Part shown: positions 1 through 10,442 of the stretch, one piece after another
How the letters are laid out: each line of letters begins with the position of its first letter
How positions within the stretch are numbered: the stretch's first letter is position 1
Source of the DNA: Mobula hypostoma
Taxonomy: Eukaryota
Assembly: GCF_963921235.1 (NCBI RefSeq)
Contig: NC_086097.1
Location: forward strand, 252,714,001 to 252,778,000
DNA length: 64,000 nt
Direction of reading: 5' to 3'
Made by a program: the position numbers and the translations under genes
Notes under the pieces: generated by a model
What the model saw: the letters and a program-made list of their open reading frames with translations, nothing else
The model's database searches: none
What the model was told of the DNA's origin: nothing

Positions 1-159
1 TTACTACATGTATTTTGAATTATAATTTATTTGTGGTACTAGGTTGTTTCATGTGCACGTGTGAATATGTGTTTTGTGGGTGCACTGTGGTCCGGAGGAA
101 CATTGTTTCGTTTGGTTGTATATATGTACAGTCAGATGACAATACACTTGAACTTGAAC

Positions 160-760
160 ACCAGCGTGCTGGAGAAGGCCAACATGAACAGCATCTCCAC
201 CACAAAAAAGCAACACCAACTCCGATGGATAGGTCATGTCATCCGAATCTCTAACTCACGGATCCTTCACTCCTAGTTGAAGGAAAGTCACTGAGCTGCT
301 GGTGGGCAAAGGGACTGGGAAGACATTGCACTCAGTAGATACACCTGGAGCGAACCTGTTCAAGAGGGAGCTGTGCTACATGAGGACAACCTCCTCTGTG
401 CTGCAGAGAACAAACAGCAGCTGTGAACGGAGAGACTGAATAACCAGAAGACCCAAACACTAACCACAGACACCACTTACTCGTGCCCATACTGAACCAG
501 AATATGTGGATCCTGGATTGGCCTCTCCAGACACCACTTACTCGTGCCCATACTGAACCAGAATATGTGGATCCTGGATTGGCCTCTCCAGACACCACTT
601 ACTCGTGCCCATACTGAACCAGAATATGTGGATCCTGGATTGGCCTCTCCAGACACCACTTACTCATGCCCACATTGAACCAGAATATGTGGATCCTGGA
701 TTGACCTCTACAGACACCTGAGGGCAATAAGAGAACATCATACTTGACTCGAGTGATTTT
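160..760 (+). mobile_element. RTE-clade LINE, degraded 3' end of ORF2
   Basis: Translation NTSVLEKANMNSI...QLRWIGHVIR and a C-terminal motif resembling RTE C-x2-C...RICGSWIGL..H. Confidence 0.7.
467..718. repeat. 61-bp tandem repeat, about 4 copies
   Basis: CAGACACC recurs at 467, 528, 589, 650 and 711. Confidence 0.95.
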
Positions 761-819
761 TATAATATCAATTTTGGACCTTATATGTATTGTTTAGGGA
801 AGCAGGGAGGAGATTTGTC

Positions 820-1125
820 TCTATCTAAGGGAGTGCAAGATGCTCCTTCCCTCTGCTAGCCTTGGGTAAAGTGTATCACCTGCTTAACTCTCCCAGTCAG
901 TGTCACGTGAAGGCATGGGAGGAGGTCGTATGAGCTGCTGGTGCACATCACAAGTCGTAATAATGCGACCACTGATACCAGACAGACGATCTCTGAAGAG
1001 TATTGATAATGGTTAGGGTCTCCCGTCTTGTAAAGATACTGCCCAGAAGAAGGCAATGGCAAGCCACTTCTGTAGAAAAGTTTGCAAGTCCAGATCACCC
1101 ATGTCATATGACGCAGCACATGACA
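820..1125 (+). mobile_element. RTE-derived short non-autonomous element
   Basis: Contains GAAGAAGGCAATGGCAAGCCACTTCTG, similar to the RTE/BovB GGAGAAGGCAATGGCAAACCACTCC motif; an antisense fragment lies near 4295-4375. Confidence 0.55.
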
Positions 1126-1210
1126 AGCAAACTTATTATTAAGGGTGAACCTTGTTTATATTTTTTCATTTCGTATCTGCACCCTAATGCATAATTTACT
1201 TGGGACTTAC

Positions 1211-1228
1211 CCAAACCCAATGCTCTTC
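1211..1228 (-). other. Candidate 18-nt microexon of an unidentified host gene
   Basis: Minus strand TTCTTATTTCTTCTATCTGTGCAG|GAAGAGCATTGGGTTTGG|GTAAGT. Confidence 0.25.
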
Positions 1229-1724
1229 CTGCACAGATAGAAGAAATAAGAACACCCATCTCGTTGGCCAGATCAGGTTTTCTTGGTACCTGCTGTTGAG
1301 AGGTTCAATGATTACATTTAGTTTCGGAGAATGTATACAGCATACGATCTCAAGATTTTACTCTTCACAGACATCCACAAAACAAAAAAAAACACAAAGA
1401 ATGAATGACAGAAAAATGTTTGAACCCCAAACCCCCCGCCCTCCTGCTACCTGCCTCAGCAAAAGCATCAGGCCTCCCACCACCAGCCAGGCAAGCAAAG
1501 GCAAAGCCCCCAGAGAGCCCACCAAAAGAAAGCATCCCTACACTTCGACATGCCACAGGCTTTTGCCCTCACTAACGAGGGAGAAAGAAGTATCACTCCT
1601 GCCAGAGTGAGAAGCTGTTGACAAGAACTCTGCCTGCCCGAGGTCATGCATTTCCCAATCCTTTACAGCAGGAAGTCAAAGATCTGTAAAGACAGATGTT
1701 AACAGGCCCTAATAAATAATTTCT

Positions 1725-2140
1725 AGACCATAAGACATAGGAGCAGATTTGCCCATCAAATCTGCTCTGCCATTTAATCATAGCTGATTTATTTTCCTTT
1801 CCAATCCCATTCTTTTTCCTCTGACCCCTTACTAATCAAGAATCCGTCAATCTCCGCTTTAAATATACACAGTACCCTGGCCTCCACTGCCGTCTGCAGC
1901 AATGAACTCCATCCTCTGGCTAAAGAAATTCCTCCTCACCTCTGTTCTAATGGATGTCCCTCTATTCTGAGGCTGTGCCCTCTGATCCTAGACTCCCCAC
2001 TTCAGGAAACATGCTCTCCACATCCACTCTGTCGAGGCCTTCCAATATTCCATAGGTTTCAGTGAGATCCCCCCTCATTCTTCTAAACTCCAGAGCCATT
2101 AAATGTTTCTCATACATAATCCTTTCTTTCCCAGGATCGT
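1725..2140 (-). mobile_element. CR1 LINE 3' fragment
   Basis: Reverse complement matches the CR1 ORF2 end and 3' UTR seen in other copies in the window. Confidence 0.8.
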
Positions 2141-2519
2141 TGTTATAAATGTAAAACTTTTTTTATAATTAGGTGATATTCCAAGTGATCCTCTGTTAAA
2201 TTAAAAGGCAGAAAAAGAAGTAGCTATCTGTTTATAGCTGTCACTGGGGGACCACTCAGATTACATCCGCAGGCATCGTACAATGTAGAAAAACTGCAGA
2301 AAATCTAAACAGAACAGAACACTGCATCAAACATCAAAGGCTTTATACACAATGATTCCTCACAATTCAACAACAGAGAAACCCTTTCAGAATGCTAACA
2401 ATACACATGAGGCAGCTAATGGTAAATTGAAGGAACCATTTAATAACAGGATTAAGTTGATAGAAGTGCTATACTGTAGGTGACAGTGAAAAGGTTCCAT
2501 AAGTGGAACTGCAAACCCT

Positions 2520-3355
2520 TGTGGATAGTGCAGAAAGCTGTCGTAGGTTACAGCAGGACATTCAGAGCTGCACTGAGAAGTGGCCGGTGGAGATGAATCC
2601 TGAGAAGTGTGAAGTGATTTACTCTGAACGGTCGAATTTGAAGTCAGAATGCAGGATTAATGGCAGGGTTATTATCAGTGTGGAGGAACAGAGGGATCTT
2701 GGTCCACATCCGTAGATCCCTCCAAATTTCTGTGCAAGTTGATAAGGTGGTTAAGAAGGTGTATGGTGTGATGTGGTTGAGTTCAAGAGCTATGAGGTGG
2801 TGTTACAACTCTATAAACCCCTGGTTAGACCACACTTGGAGTATTGTGTTCATTGTGGAATGTGGAAGCTCTAGCGAGGGTGCAGAGATTTACCAGGTGC
2901 TGTCTGGATTAGACAGTGTGTCTTATGAGGATAGGCTGAGTGAGCTAGGGCTTTTCTCTTTGGAGAGAAGGAGGATGAGGATGAGAGGTGACTTGACAGA
3001 GGTGCACAAGATAGTAAGAGGCATCGATCGAATGGACAGCCAGAGACTTTTTCCCAGGGTGGACATGGCTAATACCAGAGGGCATCATTTTAAGGTAATT
3101 GGAGGAAGGTGTAGGAATGTCAGAGTTAGGTTCTTTACACAGAGAGTAATGAGTGTGTGGAACGCCCTGCCAAGGATGGTGGTAGAGGCAGATACATTAG
3201 GGGCATTTAAGAGACTCATAGATAGGCACATGGATGATAGAAAAATAGAGTCCTGTGTGAGAGGGAAGTGTTAGACTGGTCTCAGAGTAGGTTATAAAGT
3301 TGGCACAACATTGTGGGCCGAAAAGCCTGTATTATGCTGCAGTGTTCTATGTTCT
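2520..3355 (+). mobile_element. CR1 LINE 3' fragment
   Basis: ORF 2660-3274 with LGLFSLERRRMRGDL, TRGH and FFTQRV..WNALP; TTCTATG tail. Confidence 0.9.
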
Positions 3356-4610
3356 AAACATATTGGATAGTAGCTTCCTGAACCATTGACCTGGTTTGAA
3401 TGGCATAAAATTGATGATCAGAAAACTTCATACTTTAACACCAGTCTTCATTTAGCCTGTTACTCTACAACCTTATCAATCTTTATGTGAAGCAATAAAA
3501 GGTTTATTTAAGATTTAAGAAGAGATCCATATAGATGTAACATCAAATTTAATTTATTTACTTTCTTCTGAGTCATTTTATGGAGCTGAGGAACATTAAA
3601 GCAATCCAAGGACCTGCAGTATTTCATACCGACCCTGCAGTATTCAGAAAGGAAATTTTTATTTCCTGCACAAAACCTCCATTTCAAATTACAGTTCACA
3701 TTTGATTTACATCTAAAATTTTATTCATAAGAGCACCTCGACTTTAACCAAAATGGCTGTCGGATTACCAGTCCTGCCATCTATGCTGTGATGGGTTTCA
3801 GAGATATTGGGAACCCCTCGTGGCAGAGGTGATGATGTATGCAATGGTACGGTTTCACGCCTGACGCTCCTTTCGGAAATAAAGCACAATTGCCATACAG
3901 CTCAAATTTTAGAGATGGCACATTAAATTTCATGGAGTTTCCTTTGTGTACAGCCCACAGAACTTTGATTTTTCTGAGCAGGTATAGTTAATGCACCTTT
4001 CAACAGTGACCAACTTGTAGACTTTGCAACGCTGGCTACAGCAAATTAATGTCAAGAATTTTTAAGCTGTTTTCCAAATTAGAATTGGCAATGGAGTTCT
4101 TTATTCAGCCTGGGACGTGGCCGTCAATCAAATGATTAGATCTTGGAAACATGTTTTAACCTGAAACAATGTGGCATACAAAACAGTACGCGATCTTAGT
4201 TAGACTTGTGCCTTCCTGTTATAGTAGGATGGGTTGCAGGAGTTAGGGCTTTTCACTTTGGAGCGAAGGAAGATGGGAGATAACTTGATAGAAGAGCCAC
4301 CAGCATCATCATTATGTGCCGTGAGTGATCGTAGTCTTGGCCATGACTGTTCTTGGCAAAGTTTTCTACAGAAGTGTAGATAGTGTAGTATTGTATAACT
4401 CTACAGATAGAGGTAAACAAAATCTACAAAAGGCATAGATTGAGTGGGTAGCCAGAGACTTTTTCCCAGGGTGGAAATGGTTAATATGAGGGGGCATAAT
4501 TTTAATGTGATTGGAGGCAAGTATACAGGGGATGTCAGAAGGAAGTTCTTTACACAGAGATTGGCCTCTTACCTATTTTGATAGGAAACAAATCTGATAA
4601 GAGAGCGGAC

Positions 4611-5130
4611 TGATGTGTCTGTGCAAATACATATCAATTAAATAAAAGCACTCACACGGGAGACGGCTTTAACTGGTGTATTCACATTGCAGTGAGAGAG
4701 AGAGAGAGAGAGGGAGGGAGGGAGCAGATCAATGTGCATGCATAGACAACAGATCAATGTGCATAGATAATTATCAGTCCACACATAGTGCTGAGAGGAG
4801 TCATTGCTCTAAAAGAAATAGATCCATACCTTACACTTCCTCCCCCTTTAGATTAATGTAACATAAAACTGTATATGCACAAAACATTCAATTTCCCTTT
4901 CTCAAACCATATTCAAATGAACGTGCTTTCACAATAATGGCCCATAACTAACTTCACTATACTAAAGGTTCTGTTTTATTGTGTACTGCTCTGTTTCTTT
5001 CAGGATAGTACCTCTGGACCTGTGGAGTGGTATTAGGTTTGGCAGGTAACTTGTCCAAGACAACCTTCTCGTTGCCGGTGTCACGTTGCTGTTGGTGACA
5101 CGATCATCACTGAGAGGTAAGTCCGGATAT
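4611..5130 (-). mobile_element. Gypsy (Mag-like) 3' LTR, PPT and pol 3' tail, copy A
   Basis: LTR 4611-4835 reads TGTAA...CA on the minus strand; PPT TAAAGGGGGAGGAAG at 4836-4850; homologous to 5453-5920. Confidence 0.75.
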
Positions 5131-5139
5131 GCAATATGT

Positions 5140-5450
5140 CCGTCCTGTTGGCTCAGGTTTGCTCTTTGACTGAGCACCAGTGTCCAGCTTTTTCTGATCC
5201 TGTGCAGCCATCGCTCCTTACCCGAGGGTGAACAGCCAGTTAGAATGCTCTCCATGGTACCTCTTTGGTGACATTCCAAATCTCCTCAAACTCCAAATGA
5301 AATGTAGCTGCTGTCATGCCTTCTTCATAATTACATCAATATATTGCACCTCAGTTGGATCCTCAGAGGTGTTGACACCCAGGATCGTGAAACTGTTCAC
5401 TCTTTCCAATGCTGACCTCTTGATGTTCCCTCGACATCCCCTTCCCGAAG
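5140..5450 (-). mobile_element. Rex1/Babar LINE fragment
   Basis: Remnant translation ESILTG.....RKSWT, similar to the copies at 19000-20090 and 60700-61750. Confidence 0.55.
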
Positions 5451-5452
5451 TG

Positions 5453-6600
5453 TGGTGTGTCTGTACAACTACATATCAATTAAATAAAAGCACGCATGCA
5501 GATGTGAGGTTAGCTGGTGTGTTCACTTCGTAGAGAGAGAACAACAGATCTAAGAATATGGGTAAATTATCAGTCCTTACGTAGCGCTGAGGGGAGTCAT
5601 TGCTCTCAAAGAAATAGATCCATACATTACACTTCCTCCTCCTTTACATTAATGTAACATAAAACTGTATATGTACAGAACATTAAATTTCCCTTTCATA
5701 AACCATATTCCAAATGAAATGCTTTCACAATAACAGTCCATAACTAACTTCACTATACTAAAGATTCAGTCTTTTGGGTGGTGCTTTCTTTCTTTCAGAT
5801 TACCCTCTGGACCTGTGGAGTGGTATCAGGTTTGTCAGGTGTTTTGTCAACCACAATGTTCTCAGTAGTAGGCGTCACGTTACTGTTAGTGATATGATCA
5901 TCACTGAGAGGTAAGTCTGGAGGCTGTAATGAGTTCATCTTGTTGGGTGCAGTTGACTCAGGTGTGTCCTTCAGCTGGGCATCCAGTAGCTGGTCCACAT
6001 GGCGTCTCCATGTCTGATCTCCAACATCCACTGTGTACGTCAGTGATCCAGTTCTTGTAGCTATCCCATCAGGTGTCCACCTGCCTTCTCGGTAATCATG
6101 CGCTAGAACTTCCTGTCCAATGTTGAAGCTCCTTGCGGATTCACTTGGCAACTGGATGAGCTGTTTATTCTTCACTTCCCTTCGGTTTCAGGAGGTCTAT
6201 GTGAGATCTCAGATTCCTGTTCATGAACAGCATTGCAGGTGTTTGATTTGTTGTCGCATGAACAGAGTTCCGATACACAAAAGGGAAGTTGTCCACCTTG
6301 TGCTGCAGAGAAACGTCCTCCTTGTTCATCACTTTAATGGACTTTTTGAAGGTTTGAACAAACTTTTCAGCTAACCCATTCATTTCTGGATGGTGAGGAG
6401 CTGATTTGAAATGTTTGATGCCATTTTGCTTCATGAATAGTCTGAACTCTTCTGATGTGTATAGTGGTCCATTGTCACTCACAACTTGTTCACATCTCTC
6501 TGACCATTCCCACTTTGCTCCTGTCTGTAACAAGGCATTCAATGGGTGCAGCACTGTAGCGATGTTTGGAGAAGTCAGTGGTAGGAGTTTACAAGGCCAA
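5453..6600 (-). mobile_element. Gypsy (Mag-like) 3' LTR plus internally deleted pol (RT remnant fused to integrase core), copy B
   Basis: LTR 5453-5631 with adjacent PPT; VVSDNGP..TSEEF...SAPHHPEMNGLAEKFVQTFK integrase core; WRRHVDQL C-terminus; LHPLNALL..GAKWEW RT remnant. Confidence 0.85.
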
Positions 6601-6663
6601 ATGTCACCTGAGTTGTGACACATTTTCCAGTTTGGGTGTCTGTAGCACTGCTTCAATCTTCTC

Positions 6664-8785
6664 TTAGAAATATAGAAAACCTGCAGCTCAATACAGGCCC
6701 TTCGGCCCACAAAGCTGTGCCAAACATGTCCTTACTGGAGAAATTACCTAGGGTTACCAATAGCCTTCTATTTTTTTGAGTTCCATGTACCTGTCCAGGA
6801 GTCTCTTAAAAGACCTTATCATATCCACCTCCACCACCGTCGCCGGCAGCCCATTCCACGCACTCACCACTCTCTGCGTAAAAAACTTACCCCTGACATC
6901 TCCTCTGTACTTACTTCTAAGCACCTTAAAACTGTGCCCTCTCATGCTAGATGGAGTTCACCCAGATAAGTGTGAGGTGGTTCATTTTGGTAGGTCAAAT
7001 ATGATGACAGAATATAATATTAATGGTAAGACTCTTGGCAGTGTGGAGGATCAGAGAGATCTTGGGGTCTGAGTCCATGGGACACTCAAAGCTGCTACGC
7101 AGGTTGACTCTGTGGTTAAGAAGGCGTACGGTGCATTGGCCTTCATCAATCATGGGATTGAGTTTAAGAGCTGAGAGGTAATGTTGCAGCTATATAGGAC
7201 CCTGGTCAGACCCCACTTGGAGTACTGTGCTCAGTTTTGATTGCCTCATTATAGGAAGGATGTGGAAACCATAGAAAGGGTGCAGAGGAGATTTACAAGG
7301 ATATTGCCTGGATTGGGGAGCATGCATTATAAGAATAGTTTGTGTGATCTCGGCCTTTTTTTCTCTTGGAGTGACAGAGGATGAGAGGTGACCTGATGGA
7401 GGTGTATAAGATGATGAGAGGCATTGATCGTGTGGATAGTCAGAGGCTTTTTCCCAGGGCTGAAATGGCTAGTGCAAGAGGGCACAGTTTTAAGGTGCTT
7501 GGAAGTAGGTACAGAGGAGATGTCAGGTTTTCTATGTTTCTATGTCTATTTTTCTAAATCTGCTGGAATTCTTTGAAGAAATAACAAGCACGATAGACAA
7601 AGGTTAATCAGTTGATGTTGTGTACTCGGAATTTTAGAAGGCCTTTGACAAGGTGCCACATATGAGGCTATAAGCCCATGGTATTACAGGAAAGATTCTA
7701 GCATGGGTAAAATAGTGGCTGATTGGCAGGAGACAAAGAGTAGGAATAAAGGGAGCCTTTTCTGGTTGGCTGCTGGTGACTAGTGGTGTTTCACATGGGA
7801 CTGATTCTTTTTATGTTATATGTTAATGATTTGAATGATGGAATTGATGACTTTGTTGCAAAGTTTGCTGACATTACGAAGGTAGGTGGAGGGGCAGGTA
7901 GTTTTGAGGAAGTAGAGAGGCTACAGAAAGACTGAGACAGATTAGGAGAATGGGCAAAGAAATGGCAGATGGAATAGAGCATCAGGAAGTGTATAGTCAT
8001 GCACTTTGGTAGAAGAAATGAAAGGGTTGACTGTTTTCTAAGTGGAGAGAAAATACAATAACTGAGGTGCAAAGGAACTTGGGAGTCCTTGTGCAGGATT
8101 TGCTGAAGATTAATTTGCAGGTTGAGCCTGTGGTGAGGAAGGGCTATGCGATGTTAGCATTCATTTCAAGAGGACTAGAATATAAACGCAAGGGTGTAAT
8201 GTTGAATCTTTATAAAACACTGGTGAGGCCTCACTTGGAGTATTGTGAGCGGTTTTAGGCCCCTTATTTTAGAAAGGATGTGCTGAAATTGGGAGAGGGT
8301 TCAAAGGAGGTACATGAAAATGATTCTAGGATTGAATGGCTTGTCATTCGAAGAGCATTTGCTGGCTCTTGACCTGTGTTCACTAGAATTCAGAAGAATG
8401 AGGGGTGACCTCATTGAAACCTATCGAATGGTGAAAGGCCTTAATAGAGGGGATGTAGGGAGGATGTTTCCTATGGTGGGAGAGTCTGACCAGAGGACAC
8501 AGCCACAGAATAGAGGAGCGTCCTTTTAGAATAAATATGAGGAGGAATATCTTTAGCCAGAGAGTGGTGAATCTATGGAATTCTTTGCCACAGGCAACTG
8601 TGGAGGCCAAATCTTTATGTTTATTTAAGGCAGCGTTTGATAGATTCTTGCTTGGTCAGGGCATGAAGGGCTATGGGGAGAAGGCAGGAGATTGGGGCTG
8701 AGAGGAAAGTTGGATCAGCCATGATGAAATGGTGGAGCAGACTCGAAGGGCCAAATGGCCTAATTCTGCTCCTATGGTCCTATGG
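6664..8785. mobile_element. Cluster of CR1 fragments (6664-6950 minus; 6950-7545 plus; 7555-8785 plus)
   Basis: KCEVVHFG, LVRPHLEYC, RMRGDLIE and FFTQRVV motifs; microsatellite tails. Confidence 0.9.
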
Positions 8786-9185
8786 AGTGATGATTCAATA
8801 ACAACTTCTCTGTTCCTACATTTAAAGTTCAAAATTCAAAATACATTTATTATCAAAGTGTGTATACTTTATACAACCTTGAGATTCGTCTCCTTACAGG
8901 GAGCCGTAAAAGAATGAAACTCATTAGAACCCATAAAAAAAAGACCATCAAACACCCAATGTGCAGAAAAAAACCAAACCCTGCCAAGAATAAAAGTAAG
9001 CAAGCAGCATTCACAACTGAATATCACAAAAGTGAGTCCACAGTCATGAAACCCTGTCATCAATAGCAGCCGATCCAGGAGCAGGTCACAGCCTCAGAGC
9101 ACTGCAGAGATTGTGGAGCAGCGAGCTGAACCAGCCCATCCCTGACCCCCAGCCCCGACACCCTTACCTTTTCAATCTGGCCTGG

Positions 9186-9414
9186 TGTGGTAAACCATGT
9201 ATATATGTTGTAACTCGGTTACCTGTTTGGACACACCCCTCTGCTGACTGCCCCTCTGGCTCCTCCCACAGAGTCCTGTATAAAGGTGTTCGCCTTGCCC
9301 CTCCCCCTCAGTCCGGGGGCAGACACTCACTGTGGAGGTCGTATTGTACAGCGAATAAAAGCCTTTCAGTATGTTAACAAACCTCAGTCTTTTGGAGTAA
9401 TTGAAGGTGCTTCA
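9186..9414 (+). repeat. 5' LTR
   Basis: Differs from 13407-13635 at 5 positions (counted by eye). Confidence 0.97.
9279..9360 (+). promoter_or_regulatory. LTR core promoter (TATAAA 9279, Inr TCAGT with A at 9310) and poly(A) signal AATAAA 9354-9359
   Basis: TATA lies 31 nt upstream of the Inr adenine; AATAAA follows downstream. Confidence 0.7.
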
Positions 9415-9440
9415 ATTTTATTCGCTGTACGTTTTAAAAC

Positions 9441-10181
9441 ATGGAACAGTCCCTGAGACCAGAAAAATTAGACCTCAATCCGCAAACACCTGGAGCTGGA
9501 AACGCTTTCGAACTCTGGCTGGCCTGCTTCGAAGCGTATCTAGAGGAGATTAAAGCGACCGACTCCGTAGTGAAGCGCAGAGTTCTACTCTCCAGGGTCA
9601 GTCCACGGGTCTATTTGCTGATCAGAGACCAGCCAAACTACGACGGCGCGATGAACGCACTCAAAAGACAATACCTGCGGCCGATAAACAGCGTCTATGC
9701 TCAGCATCGCTTAGCGACATGGCAACAACGGTCCGGGGAATCCAGTGCTGAGTTCGTCCAGGCTCTACGGACGCCCGTGCGAGCCTGCAATTGCCAGGAG
9801 CTGTCGGCGGCGCAGCATGCAGAACTCCTAGTGAGAGACGCCTTCATCACGGGGACCAGGTCAGTGTACGTGCGCCGGCGGCTGCTGGAAAAAGCCGATC
9901 TTACCCTAAGTTTGGCGATCGAGCTGGCTGATACGTTGGAGGCCGCTCTGCATAACTCCGAGGCTCTCCGGGCACGTGATCCCCCGATGGCCTCGTGGGT
10001 GCCGCAGACCCCGCAACCTGCTGGCGAATCGACCTCGGCTGCCGCCAGTCGTGAGTCCGCGAAGTGCTACTTCTGCGGACTGGAGAAGCACCCCCGGAAA
10101 TGCTGCCTGGCCCGACAAGCTACCTGTTCCAGCTGCGGAAAGAAGGGCCACTTCGCCAAGGTCTGTAAGTCAAAACCGTGA
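9441..10181 (+). CDS. gag: Gypsy Gag with zinc knuckles
   Basis: CYFCGLEKHPRKCC and CSSCGKKGHFAKVC CCHC-type motifs. Confidence 0.92.
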   Translation: MEQSLRPEKLDLNPQTPGAGNAFELWLACFEAYLEEIKATDSVVKRRVLLSRVSPRVYLLIRDQPNYDGAMNALKRQYLRPINSVYAQHRLATWQQRSGESSAEFVQALRTPVRACNCQELSAAQHAELLVRDAFITGTRSVYVRRRLLEKADLTLSLAIELADTLEAALHNSEALRARDPPMASWVPQTPQPAGESTSAAASRESAKCYFCGLEKHPRKCCLARQATCSSCGKKGHFAKVCKSKP

Positions 10182-10442
10182 GCGGGATCGAGCAGCGCTG
10201 CGTGCGAGACGTGGGGGCCGCCATCTTCCCTGCACACTGCCACCACGTGCGAGACATGGGGCCGCCATCTTCCCTGCACACCGCCACCACGTGCGAGACA
10301 TGGGGCGGCCATCTTGGTCGGCTCCACCTCCCACGACCAACGGGTGCTCACGGGGCACCCCACCACGCCGGACCAAGACAGCGACTCCACCCTGGCTTCC
10401 ATGACCCTTGACCAAAGTGCTCCCCACTAGCTCGCAAGGTCA

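Noticed and set aside
960..1010. Hammerhead core CTGAAGA in the RTE-derived element
   Set aside because: No stem II followed by GAAA downstream
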